From Candidatus Micrarchaeota archaeon (lineage in GTDB: Archaea; Micrarchaeota; Micrarchaeia; Anstonellales; Bilamarchaeaceae): 33,400 nucleotides of DNA. Shown in pieces: positions 25,818-33,400 of the stretch (position 1 is its first letter; each line of letters opens with the position of its first letter). Where the stretch lies: assembly GCA_038046805.1 (NCBI GenBank), contig JBBSVO010000002.1:114445-147844 (forward strand). The letters run 5' to 3'. The notes under the pieces were generated by a model. It searched no databases. It was not told the DNA's origin and saw only the letters and a list, made by a program, of their open reading frames with translations. The position numbers and the translations under genes are program-made.

Positions 25818-25998
25818 GCCTGTCCCTCATCAAATAAGAAGTTCTAGTAATATCTGTTATAACTGATGTAAACTCGTATTTATATAACTTGGTACAAACA
25901 GTCAATTTGCTTACTTCCTATTATGTCCAAACCTATTTAAAATTTAACCGAGAATGCAAAAATGCGAGTTTACGGGTAGGATTCAGGGGCGACAGGAC

Positions 25999-26844
25999 AT
26001 GGCTGACAAAATGGATGAGATTATAATCACCCCCCGGGATATTGCACGCATTGTTGAATTGAACAAACAGCGTGCAGAGCTTATTTTCAGGAAATCTTAT
26101 GCAAACAATGCCTCTCTGAACGTAACCATTGACAAAGAACTTTCAATTATTGAGGCAAGTCTTTCCTCGTTCAATGAAAAACTGAAAAAGGCAAGAATGG
26201 AGCTGGTGTTCCCAAACGGCGAGCTTATCTCCGGGCTTTCCGTCCAGATAGATAAACACTCTCATTCTGCGATTGCTGAGGCGCTTAAGACAAGAAGCGG
26301 AGAGTTATACTCTCTTCTCGAGCAGCGCGGGAAACTCACAAAAAGGAATTACGAAGCACGGGAGGAAATAGGAAAATTGAATATCCTGCTTCAGCACGTG
26401 GGAAGCCGCAATCGGGAACATATTGTAAAGGCAATTGTCTGCGGAGCAATAGCCGAAGAAGAAACGACTATTTCATTTGACGGCATAGATAGCAAATCCC
26501 AGAAAGCGCTTTGCGTGCTGCTCAAGCGCGTTGGGTTGGGGGCGCTCGTCAACGGTGCAAAAACACCGGACGAGGTAGAAGTGACTGTTGCCAACCGGAA
26601 ATTATGGGTTCCTCCAGATGCAGTTGAAGCTATTTCCAAAAATGAGCAGAAGATGTTCGAGCTTCAAAAATCCATTCAATTAAAGAACGCGGAGCGTCAG
26701 ATAAAAGTATTCTCCGAAGAGGAAGAACTGGCGTTCGCATCTGCGCAAAAACAGTATCTTGAACTTCTGAAGGAAAAAGATGCCCTTTGTGCGGATTCTC
26801 TTTCTGGTGACACGGAGTTTGTTTACAAATTTTTTGCAACGTAA
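25999..26844 (+). CDS. Hypothetical helical/coiled-coil protein
   Basis: Long E/K/L-rich ORF. Start is uncertain (25954, 25999 or 26011). Confidence 0.7.
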   Translation: MADKMDEIIITPRDIARIVELNKQRAELIFRKSYANNASLNVTIDKELSIIEASLSSFNEKLKKARMELVFPNGELISGLSVQIDKHSHSAIAEALKTRSGELYSLLEQRGKLTKRNYEAREEIGKLNILLQHVGSRNREHIVKAIVCGAIAEEETTISFDGIDSKSQKALCVLLKRVGLGALVNGAKTPDEVEVTVANRKLWVPPDAVEAISKNEQKMFELQKSIQLKNAERQIKVFSEEEELAFASAQKQYLELLKEKDALCADSLSGDTEFVYKFFAT

Positions 26845-28448
26845 CTTCCCTTTGGTTTGTATCCGAGTTTGTAATAATATCTTCGTACTCCGATTCCGCT
26901 GTTAATTACTATCTCACTCTTCTTGAATCCTTTTTTTGCTATTTTTTCCGCTTCCTTCAGAAGAGCGCGGCCGATTCCTGTATGCTGTGCAGATATTTTT
27001 GATTTTCCTCCGGCTACGCCGACTGGTTCTTCGCTTCCGTAAACATGAAGCTCTCGCACAATCGCGGTGTTTTTGTCAATTTCTTTTCTTGATATTGAGC
27101 CGTCTGGTATTCTCAATCTAAGAAAACCGGAGATAATTCCTTCGGTTATGCTTTCGTAAGAAATAAATACTTCCGTTCCTTTGCTTGCGGAATACGTCTC
27201 AGTTTTTATTCCGAATTTCCCGCAGGGTTTTTCCTTATTCAGCCCTATTTCCCTCCACCTTATTTCTTTTGGTATGATCCCCCGTTCCCGGATTTTGTTT
27301 TCAACCAGCTCACGGAGATTGCTTTTCTTAACTCCCCCTGCGATGAGTCCTGCCGGAATATCGCGCTGTATTCTCATCACTCGGACGTACTTCGGAATAT
27401 ACCTGTAAAATTCCGCAATCAAATCTGCGGCCTCTTCGCTCGAATAAGGTTTGTAATTGCATTCGCCGCGTTTCATCATCTCATAAAGTTTCGTTCCGCC
27501 TATCACCAGAGCAGGATAAATCTTCAGCATATCTGGCCGGAATTGCGGGTTTTCAAACAATTCTTTTATCATTCCAATATCCTTTTTTGGGTTTGAACCA
27601 GGAAGCCCAGGCATTATATGATATAAAACTTTGAGTCCGTTGTCCTTTAGCAGCGCAGTCGCACGCACTACGTCCGCAACCACGTGCCCGCGGTTCACCA
27701 ACCTGTAAATTTCATCGCTTGGGTGCTGTACTCCCAATTCCACACGTGTTGTTCCGTATTCAAGCATTTCTTCAATTTCCTTTTTTCCGCATACGTCCGG
27801 GCGGGTTTCAATCGTAAGTCCGACACACCTGTGTTTCGCAGTTTCGTTTCTCTTCTTTGATTCGGAAAGAGTTTTGGATTTCGTGCTCCTTTTTTTGTTT
27901 TCCGAATCGTTGTTGAGCGCGTCGTAAATCCCTTTTATGAAATTCTGCTTGTAATTCTCGTCCATCTGCAGGAATGTCCCGCCCATAACGATTATCTCGC
28001 ATTTTGATGTCGGATGCCCGCCTATAGTAAACTGGTTAAGCCGGTCCTTTACCTGCATGGCTGAATCAAAATTATTGGCTCGCGCACGAAGGGCTGCTGG
28101 TTCTTCTCCGGTGTAGCTCTTCGCAGCCTTTCCAGCCGCCGGGCAGTAAATGCAGTTCCATCTGCACGAACCTTCGGGCTTTATCATAACTGCTACTGGA
28201 GTTACCCCGGAAAGCGTGCGGATTGGCTTTCTTTTGAGAAGTTGAATGATATTTGCAATGCGTTTTGCGTTGTTTGGTTTTGATATTTTTTCCGCAATTC
28301 GTATAATGTCGCTGTTTCTTACAATTGCATTGGAACCAAATTTAAGCGCAGCTTCGGATTTTATTCTTCTGAGGTTTTTCACGCTCGATTTTTCTGAAAG
28401 AATTCGCTTGATTATATATTCTGCTATAGCTTTAGTGTTATCAGACAA
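26823..28448 (-). CDS. elp3: Elp3 tRNA uridine(34) acetyltransferase (radical SAM + GNAT)
   Basis: Motifs RTLSGV, CRWNCIYCP, SYTGEEPA, IETRPD, RVMRIQRDIP, RELHVYG and QHTGIG. TTG start with gggggt SD. Confidence 0.96.
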   Translation of the reverse strand: MSDNTKAIAEYIIKRILSEKSSVKNLRRIKSEAALKFGSNAIVRNSDIIRIAEKISKPNNAKRIANIIQLLKRKPIRTLSGVTPVAVMIKPEGSCRWNCIYCPAAGKAAKSYTGEEPAALRARANNFDSAMQVKDRLNQFTIGGHPTSKCEIIVMGGTFLQMDENYKQNFIKGIYDALNNDSENKKRSTKSKTLSESKKRNETAKHRCVGLTIETRPDVCGKKEIEEMLEYGTTRVELGVQHPSDEIYRLVNRGHVVADVVRATALLKDNGLKVLYHIMPGLPGSNPKKDIGMIKELFENPQFRPDMLKIYPALVIGGTKLYEMMKRGECNYKPYSSEEAADLIAEFYRYIPKYVRVMRIQRDIPAGLIAGGVKKSNLRELVENKIRERGIIPKEIRWREIGLNKEKPCGKFGIKTETYSASKGTEVFISYESITEGIISGFLRLRIPDGSISRKEIDKNTAIVRELHVYGSEEPVGVAGGKSKISAQHTGIGRALLKEAEKIAKKGFKKSEIVINSGIGVRRYYYKLGYKPKGSYVAKNL

Positions 28449-28520
28449 TGAAGAATTACCCCCGTTATTTAGTATTGAGTCCGTTGCAAATTACGAGATT
28501 ACTGCTTCCGGTGGTGATCC

Positions 28521-28618
28521 GCGCGAACGGAGTGAAGCGCCCGTTCTGGTGTCTCCTCACCTTGTTTATATCATATAAGATTAAAGCGGGTAGCGAGCGA
28601 TAGCGAAGCGTTACCCGC
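28521..28618 (+). repeat. Two GA/GAA internal-loop mini-hairpins
   Basis: gcgc-GA-ac-GGA-gt-GAA-gcgc (28521-28540) and gcgggtagc-GA-gc-GATA-gc-GAA-gc(gt)tacccgc (28586-28618). Confidence 0.7.
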
Positions 28619-28654
28619 GTCCATGTGAAAACCGGTTTAATTTGTAACACCTTG

Positions 28655-29473
28655 TTAGTATAAATTAGACAACAATCCTGCTAGTCCGAATATTGGCAGT
28701 TCAAATGTCGGGAAGATCAATACTCCGTAATTCGTTGCCTTATAATCATAAAGAAGGTTTGAAGATACGGTGAAGCTGACGTTATGCTCTGCGGAGATCA
28801 CTGCACTGGAATTTGAAACAACCCTTATCGTTGGGTAATAATTTTCCTCTTCATTTTCAGTTACTTCGTATGCAATTGTTTTTGTGCTAAGGGGAGGCAT
28901 GTGAACGTATTTCTTGAACGCCCATCTTTTCACTCCTTCGCTGCTTACAACATAAAGATCTGCAGCAGTTCCTTTATTTCTTATAGTGATTAGGAATTTA
29001 GCTGGCTGTCCCGGGCCTACGCTTGCTGTTTTTGGGGCAACGCTGCTTTCCATAATATCCTGAGTTATTCTTACCTTTGCAATTATTGTTATATTCCCGA
29101 GAAGCTCTCCATTATTTTCATCCGAAACAACTATTTTTGCATAGTATGTTCCATCTAGCGCGTTCTTTGCCGCGCTTATTCCAATCTGAAGAGGATTTCC
29201 ATATAACTTGCTGTTTTCACCTTTCCATCCTTCTGGGACTTCGGTTACAACTGCAAGATCATATCTTCCGCCTTTTCCAAATTTCCCACCGTTATACACG
29301 ATTGGGTGAATTACAAGGGGCATTGTTTGGCCAGGTCCCATTACTCCCAGATCAATCATCCCTCCGTTAGCTACTTCTGCGGCTACGGGTTCTATAGTCT
29401 GAATTGAAAATGAAAGTGAAACTGCAAGCAATGCAATTAATGAGATTACCCAAAAAAACTTGAAATCGCGCAT
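28655..29473 (-). CDS. Secreted/membrane protein with two beta-sandwich-like domains
   Basis: Signal peptide, repeated GPGQ motif, beta-rich composition and a hydrophobic C-terminus. Confidence 0.75.
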   Translation of the reverse strand: MRDFKFFWVISLIALLAVSLSFSIQTIEPVAAEVANGGMIDLGVMGPGQTMPLVIHPIVYNGGKFGKGGRYDLAVVTEVPEGWKGENSKLYGNPLQIGISAAKNALDGTYYAKIVVSDENNGELLGNITIIAKVRITQDIMESSVAPKTASVGPGQPAKFLITIRNKGTAADLYVVSSEGVKRWAFKKYVHMPPLSTKTIAYEVTENEEENYYPTIRVVSNSSAVISAEHNVSFTVSSNLLYDYKATNYGVLIFPTFELPIFGLAGLLSNLY

Positions 29474-29508
29474 GCCTGCATATCTGCGGGAAATATTAAA
29501 AAGATTGG

Positions 29509-29937
29509 CTATTTGGTTATATCCATCGCATCCTTCTCGTTTTTCAAATGTTTGTCCCCGGTCAAAACTCTTGCATTGAGCTTTTTCGCGGTTGCTAATA
29601 TCACAGCATCCCCCAGTCCAAAATCAGGATATACCTGCCTTTTTTCAGTTTTTATTTTTCCTGCCAAATCTGCGATATCTTCATCCAGTTTCACAATTTC
29701 GCTTTTTATTCCTATATAAACGAATTTTTCATTTTCCCATTCTTCAGATGCCCCGCTTCTTCTATATTTGTCGCTTAGTTCGGCGATAACTATCGCCGGG
29801 GTCAGGAGTCTAAAATTCCCATCTATAATCCGTTCAGCCTTTTTCCCCTCAGCACTTCCTCTAAAATACTCTATCCATGCATATGAATCTACGACAATTT
29901 CGTCACTCCCTGAATCTCGCCCGGTCTTCATGTTCAT
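29509..29937 (-). CDS. vapC: VapC PIN-domain toxin
   Basis: Motifs VVDSYAWIEYF, VIAEL, GLGDAVILATA and LTGDKH. Start at 29937 or 29931. Confidence 0.92.
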   Translation of the reverse strand: MNMKTGRDSGSDEIVVDSYAWIEYFRGSAEGKKAERIIDGNFRLLTPAIVIAELSDKYRRSGASEEWENEKFVYIGIKSEIVKLDEDIADLAGKIKTEKRQVYPDFGLGDAVILATAKKLNARVLTGDKHLKNEKDAMDITK

Positions 29938-30100
29938 CCCATTTTGGTAGTGTTGGACTTGTGCCAAATAGGCTTATCTTCTTTTTCTGGGTTGTTATGA
30001 GATTGCGTATTACTTCCTCTAGTGAGCGGACCTTCATCTTTTCCTTGAGTTCAACAAGCATTTCTACAGTTGTTTCGTTTACCCTCACGGTTGTAGTCAT
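29903..30100 (-). CDS. vapB: VapB-type antitoxin
   Basis: 65 aa MTTTVRV...SLEEVIRNLI ribbon-helix-helix-like pattern, overlapping the vapC start. Confidence 0.85.
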   Translation of the reverse strand: MTTTVRVNETTVEMLVELKEKMKVRSLEEVIRNLITTQKKKISLFGTSPTLPKWDEHEDRARFRE

Positions 30101-30133
30101 GTATATCACATTGTATATTATAAAAGTATACAT
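30099..30133 (-). promoter_or_regulatory. vapBC promoter with inverted repeat (putative auto-operator)
   Basis: atgtata...tatacat inverted repeat spanning a ttttataa TATA on the minus strand and the start codon. Confidence 0.5.
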
Positions 30134-30151
30134 TTTTATATACTTCCGTTT

Positions 30152-31807
30152 TCAAAGAAAAGCCTCAACATCCCCTTTTTTCTTTTCCTCCTGCATTTCA
30201 AACTCAATCGCCTGCTCGTGCAATGGCTTTCCCTTCTCGCGCTTTTGTGATTTTCTGTCCCGCACATTGACGAATATCGGATGGTTTGTCGCCGCACCGA
30301 CTATTATTGCCTCTCCAACCTGAAGCCCGGTTATACTTTTTGCAATCCGCGAATCTATTCCCTCCGAACTCATCTGAATATGGTCAAGGTCGTTTGGATT
30401 CGTTACGCGGAGGATTATATGGGTGTTGCACTGGGAGAGAGCTGTTGTGCTTAGATTGACCGGCCGCTGGCTGATAAGGCATAAAGATGCCCCGAATTTT
30501 CTGCCTTCTCGCGCTATTGTTTCAATTATTCCGCGCGAAACTGCTTCGTGTGCTTCAGCCTTTTCTCTTGCAAAATTGTGCGCCTCTTCTATTACCAGCA
30601 CGAACGGGGGGATTTTGCCTTTTTTCCTGAGCCTGAATAGCTTCCTTGCAATATAGGAAACCATTATCTGTTTTTTTCGCATGCTGTCTGTGTCGCTTAA
30701 ATCAACAACGAGCATTTTTCCTGGTTTGATATCTTCGATGAGTTTTGGATTTTCCTTTCCTACGGATATGAATCTGTAACGTCTTAACTCCATCAATATC
30801 CGCTTCAGCGTCTTTTTCGTGTCCTCTTTTGTCGCAACAGGGGAATTTTCTATTTTTTCAAACAATGCTTTCAATGATTTTTTTGTTCCGCTTGCTTTGT
30901 CCGCCCTTAATTCATGCATTGCATGCCTCAGTACCTCGCGCTGCGCGGGAGACATCAACGGCAACCATTCATCGGCCATTTCCGGAGTTATCTTCCTGAG
31001 CGGTACAAATACGTCTCTTCCTTCGATTGTTTTTGTGTTTGCACCGTATTTCCCGTCAAATCCGAATCCTATGTATTCTCCATGAATATCAATAACTATT
31101 ACTGCTAGTCTTCCCTCTTCCTTTTTTCTTTCCAGCATTTCTTCAAGAAGAACGCTCATCAAATGCGATTTTCCCGCTCCACTCATTGCAAGAATTGCAA
31201 CGTGTTTCTGGAACAGGCGGGTTAGGTCTATCTTTGCCTGGGTTTCATGGTGCTGAAGCGTTCCTATATGCAGGCCTGCTTCTTCAAAACCAAGGAATTT
31301 TTTTAGCATTTTTTCATCGGCAAGCTGGACCTTTAGTCCGGGGCTTGGGGGAACATGGGCGCGACCGAATTTTTCACGCGTTTTTTTATCTGCGTTTTCA
31401 TCTGCTTTTCCGTTTGCATGTCCATCTGTTTTATTGTGTGTGCCGAGTATCCGCACGTTCGCAATGGTGTATTCCCACGAATCCGTCGGGAAATTCTCTC
31501 TAAGTGGCATTTCTTTTTCATAATCTGCAACTGACTCTGCGCGTTCAAAATACCTGTTTGCACGGAACATCTCGTTTATGTAGCCGAACAAGGTTTCGTT
31601 GCCGTTCTCGCTGCTATTGTTTGCATTTTTTCCGCTTTGTCCGTTCTTTCCGCACTGCACCTGCACGTATTGCCCTTTTTTTACCGCATTGTTAGTATTT
31701 CCATCCACTACGAATGAGAATTCCCCGGTTGATGGACTTTCTTCTGTGGAAATTATCGTGCCTATAGAAGGAGATGAATTCGGAGAACGGGTATGTGTGT
31801 CAGCCAT
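30152..31807 (-). CDS. HerA/FtsK-family ATPase (HAS barrel + helicase domain)
   Basis: Walker A HVAILAMSGAGKS, IDIHGEY, Walker B IEEAHNF, REGRKFG and SQRP. Confidence 0.92.
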   Translation of the reverse strand: MADTHTRSPNSSPSIGTIISTEESPSTGEFSFVVDGNTNNAVKKGQYVQVQCGKNGQSGKNANNSSENGNETLFGYINEMFRANRYFERAESVADYEKEMPLRENFPTDSWEYTIANVRILGTHNKTDGHANGKADENADKKTREKFGRAHVPPSPGLKVQLADEKMLKKFLGFEEAGLHIGTLQHHETQAKIDLTRLFQKHVAILAMSGAGKSHLMSVLLEEMLERKKEEGRLAVIVIDIHGEYIGFGFDGKYGANTKTIEGRDVFVPLRKITPEMADEWLPLMSPAQREVLRHAMHELRADKASGTKKSLKALFEKIENSPVATKEDTKKTLKRILMELRRYRFISVGKENPKLIEDIKPGKMLVVDLSDTDSMRKKQIMVSYIARKLFRLRKKGKIPPFVLVIEEAHNFAREKAEAHEAVSRGIIETIAREGRKFGASLCLISQRPVNLSTTALSQCNTHIILRVTNPNDLDHIQMSSEGIDSRIAKSITGLQVGEAIIVGAATNHPIFVNVRDRKSQKREKGKPLHEQAIEFEMQEEKKKGDVEAFL

Positions 31808-31867
31808 GAGAACCAGTCAACCTCTTTCTCGGCTCAGCTATAAAAATTTTGTTATTGTAATGCAGGC

Positions 31868-32518
31868 ATGGCAGATTTTACCTTTGCTTCGTTTGATTTT
31901 GGTTCTATGGACTCACTTGCATTTGTTATTTTTGTTCTTGCAGTGGTTTTCTCTATTTACTCTCGCACACGTGCGGAAAAATCAAAAATCACCACCGGAA
32001 AGAAAATCCGCGAGCTTTACCGAAGGAGCTGGGTTGACAATATGCTCGGCTCAAAGGACAATGGAAACCTGCTCGAGATCGTGCGGAATTCCATTCTTGT
32101 TTCATCCGCTCTAATAACCGCGATTGTCATTTCATTTGGATTTGTAGTTGCCAATGCAGTTATCGATGGTTTTTCTTTAATCTCTACATTGCGTCTCACC
32201 GCAATCGTTTCGCTTCTTCTCTATTCGTTGTTTGCGATTTTTCTTGAAGCCAGAACTCTTATTTATATTCCAATTGTTGCTGGTGCATCTGAAGAGGTCA
32301 TAAAGCAAAATGAGAAGCGGTCCAAATCCCACTACGTCAGTATGCTTCTTGATTCCGCGTTTGATGAGTTCGCGAATTCAATGCGGGCATTGTTCTATGT
32401 TGTCGTTCTTCTGGTCTGGTTCTTCAATACTTATTTGTTCATTGCCGCAACTCTTCTGATAACATACATAATGTTCCGCGAGGATTTCGGGACAAAAAGC
32501 AGGATTGGGGTATTCTGA
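31868..32518 (+). CDS. DUF599-like membrane protein
   Basis: Pattern R..WV..ML...L...RN.I.....L, RALFY, and about 4-5 TM segments. Confidence 0.7.
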   Translation: MADFTFASFDFGSMDSLAFVIFVLAVVFSIYSRTRAEKSKITTGKKIRELYRRSWVDNMLGSKDNGNLLEIVRNSILVSSALITAIVISFGFVVANAVIDGFSLISTLRLTAIVSLLLYSLFAIFLEARTLIYIPIVAGASEEVIKQNEKRSKSHYVSMLLDSAFDEFANSMRALFYVVVLLVWFFNTYLFIAATLLITYIMFREDFGTKSRIGVF

Positions 32519-32603
32519 ATCTAGAGCCTGGGTCTTGAGTCTAGCGTTTTGCGAAATGGTTATAAACGTGTGATTGCCACATTCATGGATATCGGTGTTT
32601 CCC

Positions 32604-33400
32604 ATGTCAAAATCAAAAGTGTTTCTATTTGTTGAAAATGCCACGTCTTCGTTCCTTCGTTTTCATTCAGGAACAGAAAGATTTTTTGAGAAGAAAAAGA
32701 AGGATGCAAATTATAGGAATGCGATTATCCTATTCATATTAAGCGTTACCGTATTAACTTTTCTCTTTTATCTCACCTCTTTCGACTTAACCACGGTGAA
32801 CATTTTTCTGGTAATGGCGGAAAGCCAGGGGTATCTGGTTCACGGGTTGTTACGAGCGGTGTTTTCGAATCTTAGCCTGTTCCTAACCTCAGCTGTGATC
32901 TACTTTCTTGTTCTGACAAAAGGATTTAAAATAAAGATTAACTTTGTCCAAATCCTATATTTTTACGGTTTAATCGTATCAGTATCTGCTATAGCCAATG
33001 TATTGTTTCTTCTTTCATCTGTAATGCAAGAGTATGTGAGTAGTTCTATCCCGGGCATGGGTGTTCTCGTCATTTCCATACTTGCCATGGTAGTTGCATT
33101 AGTAGTCGCGTTATACCTGATGCTGACTGCTTTCAAAGTTCTCAGCAGTCTTTCCTATAAGAAAACCATTTTGGCTCTGATCGTGGTGGCGATAATCGCC
33201 GGCATGTTGTTGCCTTTTGTTTTGCTGTTTACAACGGTTATTCAGTGGACTATCCTCGGTTCGGGCAATCCTCCAACATATTATTACTACAACGTAACTG
33301 CCAATACGGATGGTTCAATCACCGCCACCTATGCGTGGATGCTCAATTCCACAAATAAACCGAAGGAGATTTGTTATGTCGGGTTTCCGAAGGGGTGGGT
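32604..33400 (+). CDS. Yip1-like multi-pass membrane protein, 3'-truncated by window edge (absent from the ORF track)
   Basis: Frame is open from ATG 32604 (MSKSKVFLF...ERFFEKKKKDANYRNAIILF...) to the window end. About 5 TM segments; ggtg SD and ttataaa upstream. Confidence 0.7.
   Translation, partial: MSKSKVFLFVENATSSFLRFHSGTERFFEKKKKDANYRNAIILFILSVTVLTFLFYLTSFDLTTVNIFLVMAESQGYLVHGLLRAVFSNLSLFLTSAVIYFLVLTKGFKIKINFVQILYFYGLIVSVSAIANVLFLLSSVMQEYVSSSIPGMGVLVISILAMVVALVVALYLMLTAFKVLSSLSYKKTILALIVVAIIAGMLLPFVLLFTTVIQWTILGSGNPPTYYYYNVTANTDGSITATYAWMLNSTNKPKEICYVGFPKGW

Noticed and set aside
26823..26844. 22-bp overlap of convergent stops (hypothetical ORF and elp3)
   Set aside because: Common in compact genomes.

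Overview
Archaeal chromosome segment, most likely DPANN and Micrarchaeota-like (inferred from the stand-alone 23S rRNA, Cys-rich CxDSDGG surface repeats, dph2, Elp3 and TATA/BRE promoters). The main feature is an unlinked 23S rRNA gene (~5358-9769) interrupted by six bulge-helix-bulge (BHB)-type introns. Two carry double-motif LAGLIDADG ORFs: one sense ORF with its stop codon outside the intron, and one antisense ORF with its own internal TATA/BRE. Four are 42-53 nt mini-introns. Removing all six leaves ~2925 nt. Protein genes: two Cys-repeat secreted proteins, orphan ORFs including a tandem paralogue pair, ppsA, dph2, purC, a catalytically degenerate trypsin-like membrane protein, a zinc-ribbon protein, a DHS-like enzyme, larE-larB, a secreted Lon-like protease, two tandem divergent beta-carbonic-anhydrase-like proteins, elp3, vapBC, a HerA-family ATPase, DUF599 and a Yip1-like protein. 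Intergenic DNA holds a twice-repeated covarying branched hairpin element, three copies of a GA/GAA mini-hairpin motif, a 27-bp duplication of the dph2 start, and an orphan IS200/IS605-type end. All pairings and E. coli numbering were worked out by eye; no searches were run.
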